Assembly (NCBI GenBank): GCA_000934665.2
Contig: KZ537971.1
Location: 124,001 to 188,000, forward strand
From: Catajapyx aquilonaris
Taxonomy: Eukaryota
Length of the DNA stretch: 64,000 nucleotides
Reading direction: 5' to 3'
In this document: one piece after another, positions 13,257-24,571 of the stretch
How positions within the stretch are numbered: position 1 is the stretch's first letter
How the letters are laid out: the number at the start of each line of letters is the position of its first letter
The notes under the pieces: model-generated
Database searches by the model: none
The model's input: only the letters and a program-made list of their open reading frames with translations
What the model was told of the DNA's origin: nothing
Program-made: the position numbers and the translations under genes

Positions 13257-14887
13257 TAACGTCGTTAAGCACCCAAACCATCCGAACAATCGACATTTTC
13301 ACTGGCAAAGCTGGTAAGAGACTAAGTCATTATTTAGCATCGATTACAAGAGCAAGTTGTCGCAAAATTTTCGCTGCTTTACATGCCCCTTTAATGTCTT
13401 GCCCACGATTGTGTCTCTTCGAGTTATTAAAGGAAAATTAGTAAACTGAACTCAAATACTGTATGTAGGTATAAAGGAAGCCATGATGTTCCATATTCAA
13501 AATGCTCGTCTCTCACGAAGCTCATTTCTGAGCACATCCGAGGCTACCCCTAATGAAGCCCATCTCTTGATGCTAAGCAGTTGCTCACCTTTGATATAAC
13601 TTCATAAATGCATGGAGATTTGAAATGCGAGTCACATTTTGTTCTCAAATTAGTTGGGCATGGTGGGAAGCCCATGGCATGCAGTGTCTAGTGCTCAAGT
13701 CTTGAGAAATGTTTGAAAATAAATTTTCCCACAAGGGCTTTAAACAAAATTCAACCCGCTTACATTTCAAAATCAGTCACTCTGTTCTAAATTTCAGGTC
13801 GTATACAGTAGACTTCATAATAAAATAATCGAGACAAAATCTACACCTCTTATTGCCTCCAGTTAGTAATTATTGAAGTAACTTATAGAATCGTCTACAC
13901 ATGACATGGCAACTAGTACATTTGAAGTAGGATCTTTCTACTATAATTTCCATCCACTACATGCCAAGCAAATAAACTTTTCTCGAAATGCCCTGCCCCC
14001 AGATGAGCACCGTCACGGAAATCCGGTCCCCTCAAATTGTACCTTACAAGCTGGCATGATCAGCTCCTCCCCTATCCCCACTCCACTTCACCCTCCATAA
14101 AAGTTACTTTTGTTCGTAAATCTACGCTTCCGATACAGTGACACACACATGTCACCTACTGCCGCTCAGAAATTCAAGCAGTTTGAAAGTCGCCTTTTTG
14201 TGGGCACACAGGATATAAAAGAGGAAAGGGGGGAAAAAAGTGTCGGTTATTACTGTATGCCTGCGCTGTCAATTGGTCGATCAATGAGTGACTCAACTGA
14301 CAGGAATCGTATTTGGCGTCCATCGGTGCATTCCCGGCCCGCCAACCGAGACCTCACCCCTCCCAACAGCTCACCACATCGGCGCCCAAAGCGCTCACCT
14401 CTCGGACTATCTCGAAGTTTTTCGAATATCACAGCCACTCGTTTACATGAGCCCAGTTGTAATTCAAAGGGAAATCTTATTGACTAGTTAATGGATCTAC
14501 ACTTGTAATGAAAGCTGATAAAGGCAAGTTCGTTTCAGCAAAATTTAACATGCCTCGATATTTTATAATGAATACCCTTTTGTACAATTCTGTACAGTAT
14601 TCATATCGGCGGCGAGCTCATTTTGTGTCAGTTTTTTACTTTGGCGGAAGGTGAGCTGTTATGAATGAAACGCATTTTAATCTCGATTCACATCAAAATG
14701 TCCCTGATAAGAGGCGTTCGTATGAGGGGAAACTGTTAACAAACTTGGTGAGCTGCAAATGGTCATTCTGTACACTCTCTACACTCCCACAAAAACAGCT
14801 CCATGATCGGTCGAACCTTACTCGCCTTTCGTCCTGTGAGAGTGGCGTACTTTGCGGAAGGCCCCTAGAGGAGAACTGTAATTTACA

Positions 14888-15118
14888 CAATCTGAGCAAG
14901 ACATCCTAATTTTAAAAAAAACTTTCTACGACATCAGAAAAAAAAATTTGACTGCTGTACAAAGCCTGTGGCCGACCGCAGCGACGTGTGCATGGCGACA
15001 AAAGGCCATTTGTCACCTCGCCTGTGTCTGTGACAGTGACATACAGCAGACTATTTAAGTGACGCTCCTGATGTATGACCGAAGCTGTCAACGTTAGGAA
15101 AAGTCTCAAAAAATTGTC
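14888..15118. mobile_element. Decayed foldback palindrome
   Basis: Centre gacaaa-aggcca-tttgtc near 15000. Paired blocks ctgctgta/tacagcag, acatcag/ctgatgt and tcctaa/ttagga sit at roughly symmetric positions. Confidence 0.45.
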
Positions 15119-15388
15119 TCGACACGGGCGACATTATTTATTTTATTTCATATCCAATAAGAATCCAATTTTTCTGTCTTGTATTCAGTTGAATTAATCT
15201 TGCAACTATAAGGTAGTAATATATTGAAGAGTGAATATTGTGCAAAATATGCTGTCTTTGATAAAAAGTGAAACATATTTGGCTCATTCCCCGAAATAAT
15301 AGTAATTACTTTAGTGAGTCAGTTACACAGTTTTTCATTTTCAACTGAATTTTAAAATCCTACAGGAACTTTTCCTCGACCAACAATT

Positions 15389-15748
15389 TTATTATTATTT
15401 TGTTTTTTTGTTTTACCCCGTGTGTAAGGGGACAGGATAGGGATAATGAGGGGGAGACACTGGTGCAGGTGCATTGATTCAACTTGGGGGTCGTGTTCAG
15501 TCCCTCAGGGGGCCCGTTCGCCAAGATGAACCTTAGATGCGGGTCCCCCACCGACACCGCACCTCCTCATGAACGGGACAAGGATAGGAAAGGAAGGAAG
15601 CGGCTGTGGCCTATTATTTAGGAAGCAATCCCGGAATTCTCCTGGGGGGACACAGAAAACCACGGTTAGGATTGCCGGCCCCGGGACTAGAACCCAGGAC
15701 CTCCCGATTAGCAGTAGAACACCTTATCCACCCCACCAAACTGCTTCG
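15389..15748 (-). mobile_element. tRNA-derived SINE (family A), ~360 bp, full length
   Basis: 14-bp TSD with 1 mismatch (ctcgaccaacaatt 15375-15388; ctcgatcaacaatt 15749-15762). Minus-strand B box GGTTCTAGTCCC (15683-15694) in a tRNA-like head. Central ccgtggttttc...aattccgggat...aggccacagccgcttccttcc motif like that of invertebrate tRNA-SINEs. A-rich tail. Confidence 0.9.
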
Positions 15749-18700
15749 CTCGATCAACAATTAAAATCGATTGAACACACACTAGCTTCCAACTCCGGAG
15801 CACTATATTCTGCCATGTCCATCGTAAGTGGAGAACTGGATGAAGGACCCCAGACACCACCACAAATTTCCGCCCAATATTAAAGCCCACAATTAAATTT
15901 TCCAAGTTACCAACGTACGTGTCTCCTCTTCCCCCGTCAAGGTTCGTTCCACAGGTCAGATCTGTCCTGTAGTTTTACGAATCGGTTGACATACGTAGAG
16001 TTGTGAGAAATATCGGTGGGAATGAGCCCGAGGCTGTTCTGGCCGGAGACCTAAACGTCAGTGCAGTGGACGGACGCCACCGCACTTTTTATCCTTTTTT
16101 TTTTCAGAATCTGAAAAGAAACAGCCAGCGGCGCGAACAAGTCAAGCGGTCATGAAAGAGTTAGGCTATACCCCCCGTTGCCTCCCATGCCTGCCAGCTA
16201 GAACCCCCCCCCCCCCCCNCAAAAGGAAAAGGACAAAAGCGGACTCCCCGTATTGATTCCGCTGCACTCCTCAGCTGCCAATTTGTCGCTCTTGGCTTCT
16301 CTATGCACTTGGCTGCCTTTCCCTCTGCCTCTCTGGAAATTCGCCCGCTGAATTTCCAACCCTCCCACCCCCCCCCCAAAAACCAGTAGCCCCAAAGTCC
16401 TGTTGCAAAAAAAAAAAGGACCGGTGAGAAGAAAAAAAATAACGGGTGGAAAGAAAGCGTTGGAGGGGGGTGGAGAGTTGGGATGGTATCCTGGACTGAT
16501 TCCTAGCTCCGGATTTTATGGTCGGACAAACGGCCGGACAAGAGAGTTACGCTGGGATGCTCTGGCCAGCCTGCAGCCTACTTGTCGCCGGTTGCCCCCT
16601 GCATCATTTGTTCCCTCGGCGCCCTCTGCCCTTAGCATCCCCTTCGACGACCTTTGGTATTTGCACCTTTGCGATCGTCGATGCGGTGTAAATGCACAGC
16701 GCTTTTGCAGTAGTCAACATGATTGGTTATGTTAACGTGGCCGCGTCTGCAGCGTTTCGGTGCCAATGAGACACTAGTGGCAGTCGATAAATCGATCCTT
16801 GAGGTCGATTTTTGGGATGGTCCGCGAGTCGCCAGTAGAACGCATCTTCCTGCATTTCCCATTCAGACAGTTTTACAGGTGCAATCCGAATCAATAATCC
16901 GCGAAAATGGCCGTGACAGCCCGAGGAGAGGTGGCTGCCTGAAACAGAAATCCCCTCAGCTTTTGGACTAATCCTCTCCACCCACTCCCACCCACTATCA
17001 TATAATGCAACTCGTATTTTACAGTATGTGGAACTCCCGGTCGGAGGTAATTTACTCGGACCGTCGATTGCACTAAATCATATTTGACGAGCGCGACCAG
17101 ACACATGTGTGAGTATATGTGCGTGGGTTTGCGTGCCCCGTACAGATGACCCTACATGGATGGCCAGAAAGGCTTGACAGATGATGTAATCCTGTACCCA
17201 GTGTCCGCAGGTGCACCTGACGCCCTTTTGTGGACAGTTTTTAGTGGTGCAAAGGCTCGTGTTCGAGTGACCCTCGTGCATCACCGCTATGAGAGTGACA
17301 CGCACTCTGCACCCTACTAGTAGGTATATGGTGACCCTCTCTTCACCAGAGTAATAAAGAAATGCTCGAATTCCAATAAGCAGCAGTGTCTGGGAAGTTG
17401 GGAGGGCCAAAGAAAAATGCGGCTAGCAGGTTGGGAGCGTTGGTTGCTTCCAGGAAATACTTCTTCCGGGGTGCCATGGAATGCAGCAGCGTCGGCGGCG
17501 TCGCGGCGCCTTTTCTGCTCGCTTAATTGGGCGTCTTTCCCCCACTACTAAGGCGGATTTTTTTCAAAGGAGCCCAACGTGCTGCGAGATGGGAATTTTC
17601 TCTACTTTTTCTCTCTCCTCTCTTGCCCCTCCTTCTTCTCTCTGTGAGACATGCTGTGCCATCGATTACCCTCGTCCTTGCTCCCTCACTCTAACGAGTC
17701 GCACTAATTATTTCACTCAAACTAAACCTAGGCAGTGTGCAAAATCTCAAAGTAGTTGGCCTTACAGACCTAACTTGTAATACTGAAAGCATGCAAGTAC
17801 ATTTCAGCACTGCACTATGCTTTTTTTTGAAAAGTTGTTATAAGTCTGTGGTGCATATTCCAGTCACGATTTCCCTGCAGAATTTTGCACAAAATATCTA
17901 GAAGTAATTATGCTGAAAAATTCCACCCTTGAAGTTATATTACGTAGGCCTATGAGTGCACTCTTTCAACCGAGATGTTGGAAACTTAATCTATAACGCA
18001 TTCCAGCAAAGAATATAAGCATTATAGGCTTCCATCAGTTGCATGTATTTTCATGGAGAACCTCGCAGAAAATACAGTGTTGTTATGAAAATATCCCAAT
18101 ACGAGTATTTACAATTTACGTACTACCTCATTACATGGCGGTGCACTACTGCACACTGTCCAAGTTCTCTAGATGCATACTGTTACAAAATAATGATGAA
18201 GCTGCGTTCTACCTGAAGCAAATACGGAATTACTGGCCACCATGTGTTTATTCCACAGGACTGTAATCTATCCGTAATTTGGAATAAGCATCTCATCCAT
18301 CCACAGTGGAATGACTTACACTGCCATAAATTGACACGGCGTATTCTAGGAATTCTCAATTTATTCCGGTAGTCGTCTTTCTTGCTCGCTGCATAATTAT
18401 ATTAGGGCAGAAATATTAATCCACATATTCATTCGTAAGCACTGTGAACTTACACTTCACATTTGCGTATGTTGGCGTAACGGACAGTATTGTAACTACA
18501 AGGTCCAGTTCCAGCAAAGCGCCCGCGGAAAATAATCCCTTCCGGAAGAGAATGTGGTGATTGTGATATAAAGTCCGCAGGAGGTCGCGAGTTTTATAGT
18601 ACTGCATAGGTACAACAGAGCTCATTTAAGCTTAAGGCCCTCACATTAGTCGCACGGCTCTCTAATTCTCCTAGGCAAGTGTTCCCGCAGTGCATAATTT

Positions 18701-21700
18701 CCGTTGATCATGCGAAGTAAACTTATTCTGCATTAATGAAATATACAGCAACAACTACAGCAACTGCACTTCAAACACAAACTGCAAAAGTTATACGCAA
18801 CTTACTGCGGGTTTTCTAATAGTACTATAAAAATTATTCCATACACAGAATATAAGCCACTTTGGCTAATTCGATTGTCACGCATCACATACAGTCTCTC
18901 AGTAATGGTTATTAGGAACAACACCCACATTTTCTCATCCAGCGAATCAGTATAATCAATTATGGAATAAGAAGCGAGATCTGGGCATGAAGCATCAATT
19001 GAGTCTAAGGTAGAGAATCGGAAATTATTCCAGAGCAGCAAACCGAATCTCACAAGAAAGCCTCGAAAGCAGCCTTACAGTACGTCAGAAACAATTATTA
19101 GGAGAAACTTGATTTTAAGTCTCTCCCTCCCCCCCCCTTTTCCCCCCTCCTTATATACCCTCCCTTCCTTCACGGATCCAAACAAAAGAGCATCATCTCC
19201 TGGGGGGGACTGCACCCGATCGAAAAGCGAGCCGGAGGAAAATTAGTTATGCCTCCCATTTAATTATCTGCAAAACATTAGCACTTCCGATGACTCTCCG
19301 CCTCCATTTGCACAATTATTTTTGCCTCCGATTTCCTTTCGTCCCGGCAGCTTTTGTCTGCTCCCAACTAATGAACAGGAATCGTTGCTTCGGAGCCAGC
19401 AGCAGACTCTGATGCTACTGCAGAGGGGGGTCTATATATAGTCACGTGACCCACAACACCTATAACACCGGCCACCATTTTGCACCGCTATCAGCACGCA
19501 AAAGGGGAGGTCAAAAAGTCGGTGGGGCTACACCAGGCTGGCCACCAACTCACAATTAAGAGCCATAAATAATTACCTTGAAATAACTATTGGAGTGTGA
19601 CTATTCGGATTTATCAGCTGGGACCGATTTTACGAGGGTGTATATGTATGCAGGGTGAGGCAACATGGAGGTAGGCTGGCGATCGATGAACCTGCTTTAC
19701 ATTTGGTCATTTAATATGGAAAATAACTGAGCGTACGGAAATCTCTGCAGGCGAATAGCACCATGCTGCCTATAATGTTTCAAATATTTATGTGGGGCAT
19801 AAAATTATTATTGTTAATGCTGGAAATGCCTGGAAATAAATTTGCCATAGTGTGGTAGCCTGATATTGACATTTGCCGCTGTTTTAAAAATATATAGTTT
19901 GTAATAAGAAGAAATAATGGGAGTGAAATAATTGTAGAATAGCGGAAGCACAAGCTTATGTTAGAAGCGAACGGCATAACAGCCAGAAATGTGACTTCAT
20001 TATTTTATGGAGTTTCACAGGATGCTACTTCATAATCCTCGACTAAGTCATCTGGGGCACGGTCTTTCCCCAGGACGTTAAATCACACACGACTAATTGA
20101 AACGTTGAATTGCGTCATATAAAGGCTTATAAAAACAGCCTAGTGCTCTCTAATTAGATGGTCCATTATACATGCCCTCAGGCAGTCGATTATACGTATT
20201 GCTGCACGATATACCTGGTCTGATGATTCTTCGACCATTGTTTCGCGTGATCGCTGAGTTTTTGTTCCAGCATGCTTCAATGAGCGGCAACCATGGAGTT
20301 TAAGCGCGGGTAGGCATAGAAACTCACGGTGTACTGTATATTTTACTCTGTGTAATTCAGAAATGTAAGCTATTGTTACGGAGTTCTCTGCCAGAGTTAA
20401 CGAAAAGCTTTGCATCTGGCTACGTGCCTTTAAAAAACTGCGCAATGTAAACTTTCAGAGTTAACATGCACCTAATCACAGCAATAGACTAATTTCTATT
20501 ATAGTGTCACTCATGTACAAGATGCTCATAAATGTTTCTCTGCGGTTCTTGGAACCCCTAATTTAGTGGAAAAAAAATCAAGATAAACTTTAAAAGCTAA
20601 TTTAACCCAAATCATGGTCACGAGCAGTAGGCTACCTAATATATGCTAAATTGGTCATCATCTGGATAAAGTAAAGGAGGCTAGCTAGCTCTTCGATTAT
20701 TTTAATCTCTCTGCAGCACCAAATAGCCAATCACTACAAAGTTACCGGCTCAGCGCCCTGACGGCCAGGATGCGTATTAAAGCCCAAAAAATACTGACTT
20801 TGAATCCGGATACGCATAGAGGAAATCATATTTTCCCACCCAGTCGCCCCTTTAATTCGACAGTAATGACTCGCCAGTGCGATTAACCAAGATGCCAATA
20901 GATTTCAGTCGTCGCAAACCTCCCCTATAAATGGATCCATTTTGCTTACGGAGCCCATTGGCGACTTTTTGAGAGCAAATCCGGAAAGTCAGAGGGGGGA
21001 AAAATGTCTGAAAGACGTATCCGGAGCACTTGAATCCGTAGAAAGGGGGCCGTTGAGTAGACGCACACCACTCACAAATCCGGGCAAATTAGACAAGCAC
21101 TCGGCCACTATAGGTCCCGGATTTTCCGGGGGAGCTAGATTGCCGAGTTGGCAACTGCACCAAAGTTGGTTGCTCCCCAACCCCCCACCCCCTTCCCCCT
21201 CTAGACTTTGGGGAGGATCTGAAAGAAAGGATTTTCTTTCTCCTTGCTTGACTCCATGGAATATGTCGCAAGGTGGACGGCCAAGATGTATTTTCTGCCA
21301 GACCGCGAAGGATTTGCTTTCCTTTTCAACATAGCCCTTCGATTAACGATGAAAACAAACTTCATAATATTCTCATGGGTATAGGCTTACCCTTGGAAAA
21401 TAGCATGTTTTGTCAGATTCAATAACCAATGTGGCTTTCAATAATCCTCTGAGACTTTACGTTCTATTATCCCCATTTTGTTATAGAAAGAAAAATCCAC
21501 TGGCAAGTTGCGTCATAGTCACCCAAAGATAACCTTCATTTTTCTGGTTTTTCTCTAATGAGCTTGTGCTAAATTGCAAGAACAGTTTTCTAACATTTAT
21601 TATTAGCAGGTTTATGGCGTTTTTACATTGTTCATTTCGCAAGAGGTGGCAAGAGAAGCGTTTGCCCACCTAGTGTTTCCTGGCTTCATTAAAAATGGCA

Positions 21701-24462
21701 CATGACCCATAAAATTAGAAAAAGGAACGTCTCCTCTGCAATCAATTAGGAAACTAGAATGTGAACATGGTGTGCACACCTTATTCACACTCTAGTTTCC
21801 TAATTAATAATTCTGAAGGCAAACTTTTATTCTAGAAACCAATATTATACAAGTAGAATGTGAAACACAATAATCATGTTCCCAATCAATTTGATTTTAA
21901 CTACTCTCTCAATGTGTTTAGTTGAAGTTTTTGGGGCGATGAAAATGCAGTATGGTGTTTCCACGACATATGAAGAGGAAAAATTCAGCTTTTGATTAAT
22001 TGCCTCTGTATATAGAAATGCTGCACAGGCCAGATGGCCCCAGTGCACCAATATACAGATGTTCGTGAAATATTATTAATATACCGGAATACTCTCTACA
22101 GATAAATTCCAGCATTACAATATATTTCATGTTGTAACTTATATAAAATACATGCTTCTCAGTAAAACGAGGAAATTTTAATTGGAACATGGCAATCTGT
22201 GAGAGGCAAAGTCAATTATGGTTAAGTTCTCTCATCTGTAAACTGGCATAATTACTCATATTTGGGCAGATCATATCATGCCTAGCCGAGTCTGTCCTGG
22301 TCTAATCTCGACCCGTTCCACTAGTGACCAGGTTAGTCTCGTTCCTCCAGTTCATTGGGCCTGAGATCAATAATGACTGATAGTGATAAGAGAAGGATTA
22401 CGGTGATTTTCCTATAAAAAGTAGCAGACTGGCATCAGTAGCCATATTTTCAATTACATTTCCTGCCACTGTTTTATTTCGTTTCATATCTGTACCATAT
22501 CCTGTTCACACCTATTCTGAATTCCTTAGGAATTTTCTTCTTTTGTTACCTCGCAGCGTGGGGATTGGCAGGAAGGAACGATGTATATTAATCTGACATT
22601 TCCCGACAGTGCAAAACTCTTGGTGACAGGTTGATAGTTTATTAATTACTGCACCGGGTATTCATACCAAGAAAAGGAATTTGTACCACCCTTCGGGTTT
22701 CCCGAAGCATCTGCAGGTTTCATCGCAGGTGTTGAGTTAAGCAAGTGCGCCAGATGGCGCAGGAACCTGTTCTTGTCTGCCTTTTCCGCATAATTTCCAG
22801 ACACCTACCAAGAAAAGTCCTAAAGTGTCTCAAGCTAGGAAGGGTAATTTTTTTAAAAAAAAGAGCCGCCGCTCTCACTCTCAGTTTTCCTAATAAATTT
22901 TTCTAATAAACCGTTTCAAATTGTGATTGTTTTTGTCTCAAGCCCTAGTAATGAATTTCCTATGTATGCTATCGCGCGACGGATCGATCCAATTCCCCTG
23001 GAAGTAAGACTTGATATATTTGAGTCTAAATACGTTTATGCTACAGTGGCAGCTTGATTGCATGACGCTGACAGCTTTAATTAATTCTCTTTTCATGTGC
23101 TTGATTAGAACAATTATTTTATTACCCGAGAAAAACATACTGTAATCAGACTTTAGGAAGTTACTGTAAGGACACAAAGTTATCGGATGCAGGTAAAATG
23201 CTAGTTTGCTCGGAGAAAATATTTTGTCATGAAATTACCTGCTGTGTGATAAGACTGACGTTTTCATTCCTAATTCCTTCACTTTACATCCTCGAAATTC
23301 CTTGAAGATTGCTACTTCACTCGAGTGTCATTAGTTAGCAATTACTGCTATTTCTGGGGGCCTTGTGAACCGAGAGGAATCATTTGTAGTAGGCCTACTC
23401 GTAACATTTGGCACCTGACAATAAATTCATCGAGGGAATAAAGACATCAAAGAGTTACGGAACTGTCAGAAATCGTTGAGGGTCATTCCACACTTTTTCC
23501 ATTGCCGGGATTAATTCCGGCCAATCATTGTATTCAATACCTGTCAAACCATCGACGTACTTGTCACGGTATAATCGCTCTATCGTGGATGTTCCCCTGT
23601 ATAGGCTGCGTTAATGATGAAGATAATCAAATACACTTGCGGTCACAAGTGCAGCGTTCATGTAATATTTTTACGCCAAATTGCACAGTAACCCCGCTTC
23701 TACCAGCGGGCTTATCAATTTATTAGCAATATTGGCAATGACAATGTCGGGCACCTCAACCAGGTCTGCATACTTATCACTATATCACGATCCATTTTTG
23801 ATTAAGCGCGTTAAGTATAATGGTACCCGACCATAAAACTGTGATCAAAAAAGAGTTAAGTGACTGCATTAAATAGAAAGCTCATGCATTGCAATGCTTC
23901 ATGCTAATAACTCGAAATCAATATGGTAATCAGTCCTTGCCTCCCCGCTACAGTGTCACAGAGCGTCTGGGGTCACGTTGTGACCCAGATATGGGCCAGC
24001 ATGTACGCGACCCATGCCATGCCGTGAACCCGACACCCGACATCAAAAACCTACCTCAATCCATAGAGCCACTGATGAGCAGGGGGGTTAGACGAGCCTC
24101 ATGTCACACTGAAACCTCCTTCCTGAGGTAATTTAACCACCAATAAAATAATAGATATGTATAAATAGAAAAAACAAAATATGAAAAAGAAGAAGAACAA
24201 AAAGAAAGCCACGCACCCGATGACCACTCGAACCACGTGATGTCAGGCCGTGTAGAGGCCACACTGAGTGTCGAGCTGAGAATATATCTACTGGGGAAGA
24301 AGGAGCAGGTTGACCCAGGGGTCACAGGCGGCGGTCGACCTGACCGCTTCCACCGCACACTGCTGGAACCCGCTCCAGCGAACCAACCATCCAGGAGTGG
24401 AGGTCGGGGATGGGGAGTAACTGTGGGGGTTGGAGGTGGAGGAGAGAGAGAGGGGGGGGTGG

Positions 24463-24571
24463 NNNNNNNNNNNNNNNNNNNNNNNNNNNNNNNNNNNNNN
24501 NNNNNNNNNNNNNNNNNNNNNNNNNNNNNNNNNNNNNNNNNNNNNNNNNNNNNNNNNNNNNNNNNNNNNNN
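24463..24571. other. Assembly gap (109 N)
   Basis: Run of N; ORFs spanning it are artefacts. A single N also occurs at 16219. Confidence 0.99.

Noticed and set aside
14427..14452. miR-2/miR-13-like sequence tatcacagcca
   Set aside because: Only the 5' ~11 nt match and there is no complementary upstream arm.
17078..17410. Cys-rich ORF (CTTKNC...RCTCGHW) as a zinc-binding domain
   Set aside because: The spacing fits no family I can name and there is no splice or codon support.
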